Below, piece after piece: positions 25,849 through 33,872 of a stretch of DNA of 37,208 bases (position 1 is its first letter; each line of letters starts with the position of its first letter). This DNA is from Actinomycetota bacterium (GTDB lineage: Bacteria > Actinomycetota > Actinomycetes > Mycobacteriales > CADCTP01). Under the pieces are notes generated by a model. The model was not told where the DNA came from. It did not search any database and saw only the letters and a list, made by a program, of their open reading frames with translations. The translations under genes and the position numbers were made by a program. The stretch spans positions 1 through 37,208 of the forward strand of contig JBKOXW010000052.1 of NCBI GenBank assembly GCA_046744115.1. Reading direction: 5' to 3'.

Positions 25849-26060
25849 CTCTCCCGCACCCACCGCTGTGCTCACCAGCTGGGATGCTGTCGTCGGCGAT
25901 CACCACCCGCAGCGGCCGGCGCTGCTCGCCCCACTGCACGTCGTGCACCAGCATCCGACCCAGCAAGCGTCGTCGACAACTAGGAGCGGTGCGGGGCCCG
26001 ACCGGAGGCGTTCCTGCCCAACAGGCCGTGTCCTGAGCCGGGCAGATAGATCAACCATCT

Positions 26061-26105
26061 TGGGCTCTCCGGGTAGGTCCGAACCAGCGACCCGACGATT
26101 AACAG
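26061..26105 (-). pseudogene. Degenerate 3' half of tRNA-Asn(GTT); att-site relic
   Basis: Minus strand CTGTTAA-TCGTC-GGGTC-GCTGGTTCGGACCTACCCGGAGAGCCCA: anticodon loop, T-loop GGTTCG and CCA end. No D arm or 5' half. Confidence 0.65.
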
Positions 26106-26159
26106 GCGGATGCGCAGGCCTGTCACAGCCATCACACACTGCCTGAGCAGGCATCGGGA

Positions 26160-26221
26160 CTGTCAACGCTGCCCGCCGTGCCACCCGGTGACGGCGATTC
26201 GTTGACAGATCCGTTGACAGA
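26160..26221. repeat. Integrase arm-type-like repeats: CGTTGACAGA x2 plus an inverted CTGTCAACG
   Basis: Direct copies at 26200-26209 and 26212-26221; inverted copy at 26160-26168. Confidence 0.55.
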
Positions 26222-26316
26222 CCGTCCACAGTGGATGATCTAGTGACACTACCCGCAGACTCATCACCGGCCCTTCTTCGCGCGTTCGCGGCACACACAG
26301 CTTGGGTCGCACTTCA

Positions 26317-26491
26317 TACGGAGGCGCCGGGTATCTCGCCGGAGGGGCTGCGCGCCAAGGTCGGAGCGGTTCACATTCCGCTCGGCGAGCTCGTCCAGGC
26401 CTTCCTCAATGCCGGCTTTCAACTCGAGCGCTTCGAGGAGGTCGGAGAGCGGCTGTACCCGCCGATCATTGTGCTGCAGGCCTGCCGGTGA
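26317..26491 (+). pseudogene. C-terminal fragment of a class I SAM methyltransferase-like protein
   Basis: GLRAKVGAVH.PL..LV.AF..AGF.LERFEE resembles methyltransferase C-termini; no motif I; GTGA-coupled to the HIT gene. Confidence 0.5.
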
Positions 26492-26985
26492 GGGCGCATC
26501 GAACACGTCGGGTGGACTTCGAGGCGATTCGCGCGCATCTCGGTGGGCGTTGCTTCATCTGCGAGATGCTCGCCAGCAATCCGGAGTTCCGCCACCATGT
26601 GGTCTACGAGGGCGAGCTCGCCGTCGCGTTCCACAACCGGTATCCAGTGCTGTACGGCTACGTGCTCGTCGCTCCAACGGAGCACCGCGAGCAAGTCAGT
26701 GGCGACTTCCGCCGCGACGAGTACCTCGCCCTGCAGGGAGTCGTCTACCTGGTCGGCGAGGCCGTCCGCCGGGTAATCCGAACTGAACGGCTCTACATCC
26801 TCAGCCTGGGAAGCCAGGACGGAAATCGGCACGTGCACCGGCACATTGCGCCGCTGCCGCCGGGCGTGCCGTTCGACCAGCAGCAGCTCGCGGTGCTCGA
26901 CTCGAACCGTGTTCTCGATCTCGGCGACGGCGAGATGGTCGACCTCGCGACGGAGCTGCGCCGCGCAATCAAAGAGTCGACGTGA
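26488..26985 (+). CDS. HIT family protein
   Basis: CFIC, YP..YG..LVAP..H, SLGSQ.GNRHVHRH histidine triad. Confidence 0.82.
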   Translation: MRAHRTRRVDFEAIRAHLGGRCFICEMLASNPEFRHHVVYEGELAVAFHNRYPVLYGYVLVAPTEHREQVSGDFRRDEYLALQGVVYLVGEAVRRVIRTERLYILSLGSQDGNRHVHRHIAPLPPGVPFDQQQLAVLDSNRVLDLGDGEMVDLATELRRAIKEST

Positions 26986-27054
26986 GACGGTCCTGACGTC
27001 GCGGAGCGCCGACGCAACCCGCGCGTGGCGCGGCACAAGGAACCACGATCGCGG

Positions 27055-27933
27055 TCAGCCTGTCGCGACCGCTCTACTCCAACGGTATGACCTGCTCGTA
27101 GAGGTGACCCGGAAGCCGGCGCCGACGTAGAGTGCGCGTGCCACGTCGGTGCCGTAGCCGACCTTCAGGCGGCGTGCTCCTCGCGTCGCCAGCCGCTCGA
27201 GACCCGCGGTGAGCATCGCACGGGCGAGACCGCGCCGCTGGTACGCATCCTCGACTCTCACCGGCTCCACCAGCCCGACCTCGGTTACGGGATCGAACCA
27301 GAAGAGCGCGTAGCCGGCAGTCTCGCCGTCCGCAGCCTCGACTGCGAGGTCGAGTGCCGGCTCGTAGAGCGAGCACTGCCGGAGGCGGGCCTCGATCCCT
27401 TCGCCGCTTCGTCGCATCATGGGGTGCGGCTTGGTCGTCTCCTGGGCGCGGTCGACGAGCACGAATCCTTCCGGCAGACCGGCCACGGCGGGCCGGTCCT
27501 GGGCATTCATCCATGTGATCCCCGACCGGTCGTCGCCGGCCGCGAAGCCGGCGCCTGCCAGCAGGCGAGCAAGCTCGAAGTCGTCGTCACGGGCAAACAC
27601 TTCGACCGCTTCGAGGCCCAAGGCGTCAATCGCCTCCACGGCGAGGGCCCAGAGAGTGGTGAGCGGAACGGTCGCGACACCGGGTACGACGATGGGATCG
27701 CACCACCACGCTCGACGCCAGTCCGTCAGTACGACGCCCGCAACGGGCCCCTCGTCATCGATCCAGAAGAGCTGGTCGATCGCGTCCGAGTGCCGAGGCG
27801 TGCGCCACCACCACTGTAGATCAGCGGCCTCCCAAACCCCCGCCTCTGCATCCGCCAGGCGAGCGCGCTGCAGGAGCTCCGTCGCGAGAGCAAGGTACTC
27901 GAGGCCCGATGCTTGCACCTCACGGATCGCCAC
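27055..27933 (-). CDS. GNAT family N-acetyltransferase
   Basis: GLVEPVRV...YQRRGLA, ARALY..AGF; TAGGAT-N6-GTG leaderless start. Confidence 0.85.
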   Translation of the reverse strand: MAIREVQASGLEYLALATELLQRARLADAEAGVWEAADLQWWWRTPRHSDAIDQLFWIDDEGPVAGVVLTDWRRAWWCDPIVVPGVATVPLTTLWALAVEAIDALGLEAVEVFARDDDFELARLLAGAGFAAGDDRSGITWMNAQDRPAVAGLPEGFVLVDRAQETTKPHPMMRRSGEGIEARLRQCSLYEPALDLAVEAADGETAGYALFWFDPVTEVGLVEPVRVEDAYQRRGLARAMLTAGLERLATRGARRLKVGYGTDVARALYVGAGFRVTSTSRSYRWSRAVATG

Positions 27934-28078
27934 GCGCCCATCCTAGAAACGGCAAGGCGCCGATCGGGGTGCAGTCTCGAGCCACGACCACCCACTGCAA
28001 GAAGACGCAAGAGCGAAAGACCGTGAAGCTCTCCACCGTGCGTACTCCGAGTCGGCCGGCACCTCTGCGCATCAGCGC

Positions 28079-28522
28079 TCACGTCTGGGCCGTGCGGCGA
28101 GCCACGTGAAGGATCGAGCACCAGTGACGCCGCACGCTTCGATCGTGACGCTGGCCGACCCGCTGTCGAATCTCCCGGTAGAGGTGCACTCTCTTCGCGT
28201 CGTCCATTGCGATGTGTCCCTAAAACGTGTTGAGCAGAGCGATGTACTCCTCTGCTGTGTATGACCTCTCCCAGACGTAGCGCCTGACCCTGACGTCTTC
28301 GAAGAGGCCGCTCGCCTCGATCTCTGCAGCCTCGTCGGGGATTTCCTCCGGCGGAGGCGGCGGCCACTCGCCCGGGTGACTATCGCCAATCGCGTCATAG
28401 ACCTCCTGGATCTCGGAGAAGAACGGATCGACGTCAGCGGGGAATGCATGCAAGGCGCTCCAGAACGCCAAGTGACGTTCGGGCCGCAGCAGCCGGTGCG
28501 CCTTCCGATACCGCATTGACGG
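28079..28522 (-). pseudogene. 5'-truncated class I methyltransferase with an in-frame TAG at 28220-28222
   Basis: HRLLRP..HLAFW...ASGLF.....RY.W...Y...EY..LLNTF*GHIAM...HVARRTAQT*; the frame continues after the stop. Confidence 0.7.
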
Positions 28523-28527
28523 CCTGT

Positions 28528-28677
28528 GAGATGTCGGGCACCGGAGAGATCGTGGACGGCCGAGTGCACCTGCATTGCGTATTCGGCCGGAAGGACAACA
28601 GCACGTTGTCAGGTCACTTGCACTGGGCTAACGTTTCAAACTGGTTCGTGAACGTGTACGTCGTTCCGTTGCGATGA
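28528..28677 (+). pseudogene. C-terminal fragment of a PPC/DUF296 domain protein
   Basis: EMSGTGEIVDGRVHLHCVFG......SGHL shows the HxH...GH metal-binding pattern. Confidence 0.65.
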
Positions 28678-28718
28678 CTACCCGCGAGGGGCCTCAGATC
28701 GCACGCGCCAGACTCGTC

Positions 28719-29140
28719 GCCGACGCTGACCACCGACAGGGGCACCGCGCGAAGCTGTCCGGTGCGCAGGGCGCCGGCTGTACACGCTGATCGTGCGCGC
28801 CGACCCGCGGCAGCTGGAGTTCCCGTTCGCGCTGTGGACCCGTGAGATGGTCCGCAAGCTGATCCGCCGCAAGTTCCGCGCCCGACCGGGCACCGGCCGC
28901 GCCCGCAACGCGTCCTTGCCGCCCTCCCGGTACCTCGCCAGCCACCCGTACAGGGTGCCGCGGGCCATCCCCGGCGCGGCCGCCACCGCCGCCGGATGCG
29001 CCCAGGCCTGGACCTGGTCACCCCGCGCAGCCGCAGCACCTCCAGCGTCTTGTGATCCAGCCTCCGGCCATCGTTGTCCCGCACACCGCAATCCAACAGA
29101 AACCGAAAGATCAAAATCAGCTAAGCAACGAACTCCTAAG
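28719..29140 (-). mobile_element. IS630-family transposase relic (left end and N-terminal HTH), frameshifted, with inverted internal segment 28750-28876
   Basis: Minus strand VRDNDGRRLDHKTLE.LRLR...YGWLARYREGG..AL.ARPVPGR; plus strand KLSG..RRLYTLI..DPRQL.F.FALWTR.MV..LIRRKF; minus strand VPLSVVSVG; TA at 29141-29142 at the element end. Confidence 0.8.
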
Positions 29141-29271
29141 TAAGGGACTTCCAGCGGTTGGCTCTTGGTGGGGATCGAGGTCGATCACGGTTCGGTGGGC
29201 AAATCCGCTCGATAAGACCGATCCGGGTGTGCCCGGTCACGACACGTCGAGATGACAAACGGGTCGGGTGG

Positions 29272-30171
29272 CTAGCCCGCTGCAGCCTTGATCTCAAAGC
29301 CCCTTTCCACGGCGTCGGCGAGCAGGCTGGCGCCCTCATACGGAGCGGAAAAGGCACAGTCCAACGCTTCGCCGGACTTGCGTTCCGCAGACGTGCCGAC
29401 GAGCGGGGCACCGATCGTCGCGGCAGTGGCCATGCACTCCGCTGCCTTGTCATACTCGGCGCATCCCTTCTGCGCCAGCTTGTAGACGGGCAGCAGCCGG
29501 TCCGTCGGTAACCCGAGCCGAGCCAGCTCGCGAGTACAGCCGCGCATCTCCTCCTCGATCGCGCGCATCTGCGCCGTGGTCACGCAGCACGGCAAGCCCA
29601 GGAACCAGTTACCATCCGTGTGCAATTTGTTGATGGCCTCCAACCAGACCAGCTCATCCCCAGTCATGGGTCGTCCCGACGCTGCGGCGGACGGCGTCAG
29701 GGAGGAGGACGCTGGCGCCGGGGTGTTCAGACTCGAGCTGGCGGTCGCCGCGGCAGTGGCCCCCTTGGCCGGATGCTTGCCGCTGATGATGAGGAAGGCC
29801 GCGCCGACGCCGAGCGCCGCGAGCAGAAGAAAGCCGCCTGCGGCGGCCAACATAAGGTTCCGCCTGTCATGCCGATCTCCCGACCGGGATCCCCCCGGAC
29901 CCTGGTATTCCCACGCTGACGGCTGTTCACGGCCCGGCGGCTGCCACTGCGGTGGGAACGGCTCCTGCCGCTGGGGCCGGTCGGGCTGCCACTGCGGCAG
30001 TGGTTCCTGCCGCTGGGGCCGGTCGGGTTGCCACTGCGGCAGTGGGTACGGTTCCCGCTGTTGAGGCTGGCCGGGCTGCTGCCAGCGCGGCTCTGCGAGC
30101 GGATCCTGCTGCCAGCGCGGCTCTGCGAGCGGATCCTGCTGCTGAGGCTGATCGGGCGGCTGCTCGGACAC
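29272..30171 (-). CDS. Single-pass membrane protein with Q/P/W-rich repetitive N-terminus and a 6-Cys C-terminal domain
   Basis: One hydrophobic TM segment (LMLAAAGGFLLLAALGVGAAFLII), S/T/A linker, AGGGG RBS-like sequence. Confidence 0.7.
   Translation of the reverse strand: MSEQPPDQPQQQDPLAEPRWQQDPLAEPRWQQPGQPQQREPYPLPQWQPDRPQRQEPLPQWQPDRPQRQEPFPPQWQPPGREQPSAWEYQGPGGSRSGDRHDRRNLMLAAAGGFLLLAALGVGAAFLIISGKHPAKGATAAATASSSLNTPAPASSSLTPSAAASGRPMTGDELVWLEAINKLHTDGNWFLGLPCCVTTAQMRAIEEEMRGCTRELARLGLPTDRLLPVYKLAQKGCAEYDKAAECMATAATIGAPLVGTSAERKSGEALDCAFSAPYEGASLLADAVERGFEIKAAAG
29941..30046. repeat. 42-45-bp coding tandem repeat (PLPQWQPDRPQRQE)
   Basis: Units begin at 29941, 29986 and 30028. Confidence 0.85.
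30076..30142. repeat. Perfect 30-bp coding tandem repeat (QQDPLAEPRW) x2.2
   Basis: CTGCTGCCAGCGCGGCTCTGCGAGCGGATC at 30076 and 30106. Confidence 0.9.
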
Positions 30172-30263
30172 GCTCTACCCCCTGCTTCTCCGCAGCGACG
30201 TTACACCACGTAATGAATTCGTGACGGAAACCTTGGCTATCGCTTGACCCGATACTTGGTGGT

Positions 30264-30395
30264 GACCAGCGATGCCTCGCCATGGGCACACGCCTGTGGT
30301 GCGGCTGTCGGACTGTGGCCAGCAGTCCGGGTGCAGCCCGGCCGCGTGCCAGCTCCGGCACGGCGTCCATACTCCTCGATCCGGCAGGCCACCCG
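30264..30395 (+). pseudogene. Possible VOC/glyoxalase C-terminal remnant
   Basis: QRCLAMGTR ... ILLDPAGHP resembles the VOC terminal motif LxDPAGHPF. Confidence 0.35.
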
Positions 30396-30609
30396 TCTGC
30401 CCCTATCTCGAGTAGCCGTCTACGAGGCCCTCGCCAGACGGCGACCGCGTACGGCCTACGGGACATCCGAACTTCGGCAGTCGGTCGCCTGGACCGCACC
30501 GGTATCGTCCGTCGGCGCGCACTGATCACCAGGCGTGTCAGCCTCCCGGTGGCCCGCCGCCCAACACTCGGGCGTCCCGGCCGGCGCGCTTACCGCGGAT
30601 CTTGACTTC

Positions 30610-30678
30610 ATCGACGTCGAGGTCACCGAGCTGGTCGGCATCTACAGCAATCCCCGTCACGTCGTCGGGTTCTCCGAC
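30610..30678 (+). pseudogene. Internal fragment of a NUDIX hydrolase
   Basis: IDVEVTELVGIYSNPRHVVGFSD resembles the post-NUDIX-box segment of an actinobacterial NUDIX subfamily. Confidence 0.5.
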
Positions 30679-30747
30679 CGGACGTGCTGCACGCCGACTG
30701 CAGGCGGGCTTGAGCTGAACAGCTCCGCACGGGAGCCTGCGACGTGC

Positions 30748-30780
30748 GAATGCGGCAGTGATCCACAGAGCGATATTCAT
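30748..30780 (-). pseudogene. N-terminal stub of a DoxX-like membrane protein
   Basis: MNIALWITAAF with an upstream AGGA RBS; similarity stops after 11 codons. Confidence 0.4.
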
Positions 30781-30987
30781 GATGTGACTGCGCTTTCCTG
30801 TGAGAGTGCAGCGACACTTGTGATCTACCGGCTGCGCGTCACTGCGAGTCGCGGCAGCCACCGCGTAATCGTGCTGGATCGACGGCACTCGGGTGCCGGT
30901 CGGGTCGGAGGGTCAGCCTGTCCAGTAATCCTCGATCATCTCGGGATCGGAGGAGCTGATCGGCATGCGGGAGATCTATGTATGCCG

Positions 30988-31240
30988 CTAGACCGTGTCT
31001 CCGAGGGTCAGCCGGCGGCGTTCGGCGCGGGCACGTTCGGCGGCGTTCGCGGAGGCATATCGGTCGAGCATCTGCCGGCTCGACCAGCCAGCCGCCCGCA
31101 TGAGGCCGCCCTCGGAGCCGCCTTCACGCAGCCAGGCGTCGGCGAAGAAGTGCCGCAGCTGGTGGGGGTTTAGCCGAACGCCGGCCTGCTCGGCGCGCCG
31201 GACGAGCATCGCGGCAAGCGCCTCGTCGCCGACCGGCCCG
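30988..31240 (-). pseudogene. C-terminal fragment of a tyrosine recombinase/integrase
   Basis: HQLRHFFA (HxxR), LMRAAGW (W in place of His-II), SRQMLDRY (catalytic Tyr). Arg-I and the N-terminal domains are missing. Confidence 0.85.
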
Positions 31241-31274
31241 CGGTTGCGTTCTATCACAACTGGGAGCGTCGTGC

Positions 31275-32174
31275 TCAAGCGTGCGACTCGTTATCCATCG
31301 CATCTATGCTGGTCAGTAGGCCGATTAGCTGCTGGGCGTTGGTCTGCGCGTAGTCGGAATAGCAGTTGTTCATCAGGACATGGGTCTCCTTGGCCTGCGC
31401 GGCCAGCTCCCGCAGCTTCGGCGCCCACTGGCGCAGCTCGTCCTCGGAGTACAGGTAGCCGAACCGCTCGTAGATGTCCCGGCTGTTCCACTTGTCGCTG
31501 TGGCCGTGGAAGCGCATGACGGCCAGGTCGGCCGTCGCGGCCAGCACCGGCGGCACCGAGCTCGGGTAGCCCTGCGGCATGTCCACGCAGACGTACGGCA
31601 CCGCGTACGAGGTCAGGAAGTCCAGGGTCTCGGCCCGGTTGTCCTCGCTGAGCCAGGTCTTGTTGCGGAACTCCACGCAGACCGGCACCGGCTCGCAGCG
31701 GCGCTTGCACTCCAGGATGTAGTTCTTGTTCCGCTTGCCGATCGGGAACCACTGCGGGAACTGGAACAGCACCGCGCCGAGCTTGCCCGCCTGGTACAGG
31801 GGGTCGAGCGCACCAAGGAAGCGCTCCCACACCGCGTCGACGGTGGACTGGTCCAGGTCCTTGACATAGAGGTTCTTCGTCGCGCCCTCGGGCCGCAGGT
31901 CCTTGTAGAGCGCGGTCGGCCGGGTCGGATGCTGGGTGAGCAGGGAGAACGCCTTGATGTTGAACGTGAAGCCGTCCGGCGTGCGCTGCGCCCACAGCTC
32001 GCTGTTCCGCTCGTTCGGCGGGGTGTAGTACGTCGAGTCGACCTCAACGAGCGGAAACTGCTTCGCGTAGTAGCCCAGCCGCTCCTCGGCCGACGTCGCA
32101 TCCTCGGGGTACCACCCGGAGGCGAGCAGCGTCTTGTCCGTCCACGACGCCGTGCCAACCTTGAGGTCTCCCAC
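31275..32174 (-). CDS. DUF72 family protein, paralog 2 (integration target)
   Basis: VGTASWTD, VEVDSTYY, F.IKAF..LT.H, LG.VLFQFP, EFRN..W, RFHG, YLYS..EL, MNNC; GGAGG RBS. Confidence 0.92.
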   Translation of the reverse strand: MGDLKVGTASWTDKTLLASGWYPEDATSAEERLGYYAKQFPLVEVDSTYYTPPNERNSELWAQRTPDGFTFNIKAFSLLTQHPTRPTALYKDLRPEGATKNLYVKDLDQSTVDAVWERFLGALDPLYQAGKLGAVLFQFPQWFPIGKRNKNYILECKRRCEPVPVCVEFRNKTWLSEDNRAETLDFLTSYAVPYVCVDMPQGYPSSVPPVLAATADLAVMRFHGHSDKWNSRDIYERFGYLYSEDELRQWAPKLRELAAQAKETHVLMNNCYSDYAQTNAQQLIGLLTSIDAMDNESHA

Positions 32175-32211
32175 CGCTCCTCACCTCCAGCCGGCGCGCC
32201 CGCTCGGCGGG

Positions 32212-32844
32212 TCAGCGCAGCGTGCCCCGCCGCCACGACGCGGCGGCCCGCTCCAGCGCCCGCGCGCAGCGCCGGTTGCGCTCGGCCATCTCGTGATCCG
32301 TCGCGGCCTGCTCGCCGTCGGCGGCGTCGGGGACCAGCTCGCGGCGGCCGATCGAGACGATGCGAAAGAACGCGGCGGCCCGCTCCAGGGCGACCGCGAA
32401 GTCCCCGCGGTACGCCCCGGTGAGCACCGCCTCGGCCAGCGCGGCGACCGCCGCCGGGTCGGCGTCCTCGGCCACCCCGGCCACCACCTCGTCCACCGGC
32501 GCGAGGCCGCGGCCGGCCCGGTACATCCGGGAGACCGCCTCGCCCTGGTCCAGGCACCAGGTGCGCAGCAGGTAGAGCGCCCACAGCGCGCCGGGCAGCG
32601 AGTCGGCCGCCGCGTCGCGCCACAGCTCGGAGAGGGTGTCCAGGCCGACGGTCTCGGCCAGCTGGACGAGCCGCCGGGTGTCCGGGCCGTCCTCGCCGCG
32701 GCCGGCATCGACCAGCGCGCCCGCGGTCGCGTGCGCGAGCTCCTGCCGGGCGAACGGCTCGCCGCCCGCGGCGGCTGCCGCCAGGGTCTCCACGTTCCCC
32801 CGCAGCAGCGGCCGGTGGCCGCGCCGGTCCGGATCTGGCACCAC
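32212..32844 (-). CDS. Conserved-looking actinobacterial hypothetical protein
   Basis: AH.TA.ALV, GL..L..LW......SLPGALW.LY.LR.W, GA..GDF.VAL.RAA.F, W..G.L; GAGGAG RBS. Confidence 0.7.
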   Translation of the reverse strand: MVPDPDRRGHRPLLRGNVETLAAAAAGGEPFARQELAHATAGALVDAGRGEDGPDTRRLVQLAETVGLDTLSELWRDAAADSLPGALWALYLLRTWCLDQGEAVSRMYRAGRGLAPVDEVVAGVAEDADPAAVAALAEAVLTGAYRGDFAVALERAAAFFRIVSIGRRELVPDAADGEQAATDHEMAERNRRCARALERAAASWRRGTLR

Positions 32845-32936
32845 ATCTCCTCTCTCGCCGCCCGCGAGGCTCCATGGTAGGTGGCCCAGCTGACAGTCCC
32901 GGCCGTCGACTCCCGCTGCCGTGGTGGGATCGGGTG

Positions 32937-33836
32937 GTGCGCGGGGACGGCAACGGGTGGGTGATCTGCGGGCGCGGGCATCGACACTGGGGCCGGTTCG
33001 GGGCGGCCGGCCTGCTGGTGCGGCAGCGCGACGGCGGCCTGGACCGGGTCGTCCTGCAGCACCGGGTCGGCTGGTCGCACCACGGCGGCACCTGGGGTGT
33101 GCCCGGCGGGGCTCGCGACAGTCACGAGCCCGCGGTCGATGCCGCGCTTCGCGAGGCGGCCGAGGAGGCGGGGCTCGACCCGGCGACGGTCCGCCCGGTC
33201 GGGCTGCTCCGCGACGACCACGGCGGCTGGACGTACACCACGGTGGCGGCGGAGCCGCGGGCACCGCTGGATCCGCGGCCGACCGGCGGGGAGAGCGCCG
33301 AGCTCCGCTGGGTGGACACCGACGAGGTCGCCGGGCTGCCGCTGCACCCGGGCTTCGCCGCCACCTGGCCGCGGCTGCGGGCGGCGCCGCCCGGCCTCGT
33401 GATCGTGGTGGACGCGGCGAACGTCGTCGGCGCGGAGGGCGGCACCGGGTGGTGGCGGGACCGGGCCGGCGCCACCAGGCGACTGCGGGCTACGCTGGCG
33501 CCGCTGCCGGTGGCCGGCGTGCCGGCCGCCGACGTGCCCGCGCCCGTCGACGGCGCCGGGCTGGACGTCCTGCTGCCGCGGATGGTCCTCGTCGTCGAGG
33601 GTGCCGCCCGGTCCGTCGCCGCCGACCCGGCCGGCGCCATCGAGGTGGTGGCGGCCGACGGCGCCGGCGATGACGCGATCGTGCGGGTCGTGGCCGCGGA
33701 GGCTGGCCATCCGGTCCTGGTCGTCACGTCCGACCGTGGCCTGCGCGAGCGGGTACACCGGCATGGCGCGGCGGCCATCGGCCCGTCCTGGCTGCTCGGC
33801 AGCGCACGCGAGGCCGCCGCCCGGCCGCCGAGCTGA
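32937..33836 (+). CDS. NUDIX hydrolase fused to a C-terminal PIN/NYN-like domain
   Basis: WGRFGAAGLL, NUDIX box GGARDSHEPAVDAALREAAEEAG; C-terminal VDAANVVG...VEG...GDD.IV...VTSDR.L. Confidence 0.85.
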   Translation: MRGDGNGWVICGRGHRHWGRFGAAGLLVRQRDGGLDRVVLQHRVGWSHHGGTWGVPGGARDSHEPAVDAALREAAEEAGLDPATVRPVGLLRDDHGGWTYTTVAAEPRAPLDPRPTGGESAELRWVDTDEVAGLPLHPGFAATWPRLRAAPPGLVIVVDAANVVGAEGGTGWWRDRAGATRRLRATLAPLPVAGVPAADVPAPVDGAGLDVLLPRMVLVVEGAARSVAADPAGAIEVVAADGAGDDAIVRVVAAEAGHPVLVVTSDRGLRERVHRHGAAAIGPSWLLGSAREAAARPPS

Positions 33837-33872
33837 CCGGCACCGGGAGGTCGGGGCGTGCAGCCCCAGGGC

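Larger units (their letters stand above)
25773..31369. mobile_element. Decayed tyrosine-integrase genomic island inserted in the 3' end of a DUF72 gene
   Basis: Flanking duplicated DUF72 3' ends, an integrase fragment next to one end, visibly lower GC, IS and gene fragments inside. Confidence 0.78.

Noticed and set aside
25860-25990. Minus-strand PLRVVIADDS resembling a response-regulator N-terminus
   Set aside because: Too short, with no start context or continuation
26061-26135. Functional tRNA-Asn gene
   Set aside because: No D arm or acceptor 5' strand, and the T stem is disrupted; kept only as an att relic
29941-30142. Repeats as a CRISPR array
   Set aside because: No unique spacers; unit lengths are multiples of 3 inside an ORF; no cas genes. 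The Cas4-like nuclease fold of the TM0106 protein alone does not indicate CRISPR
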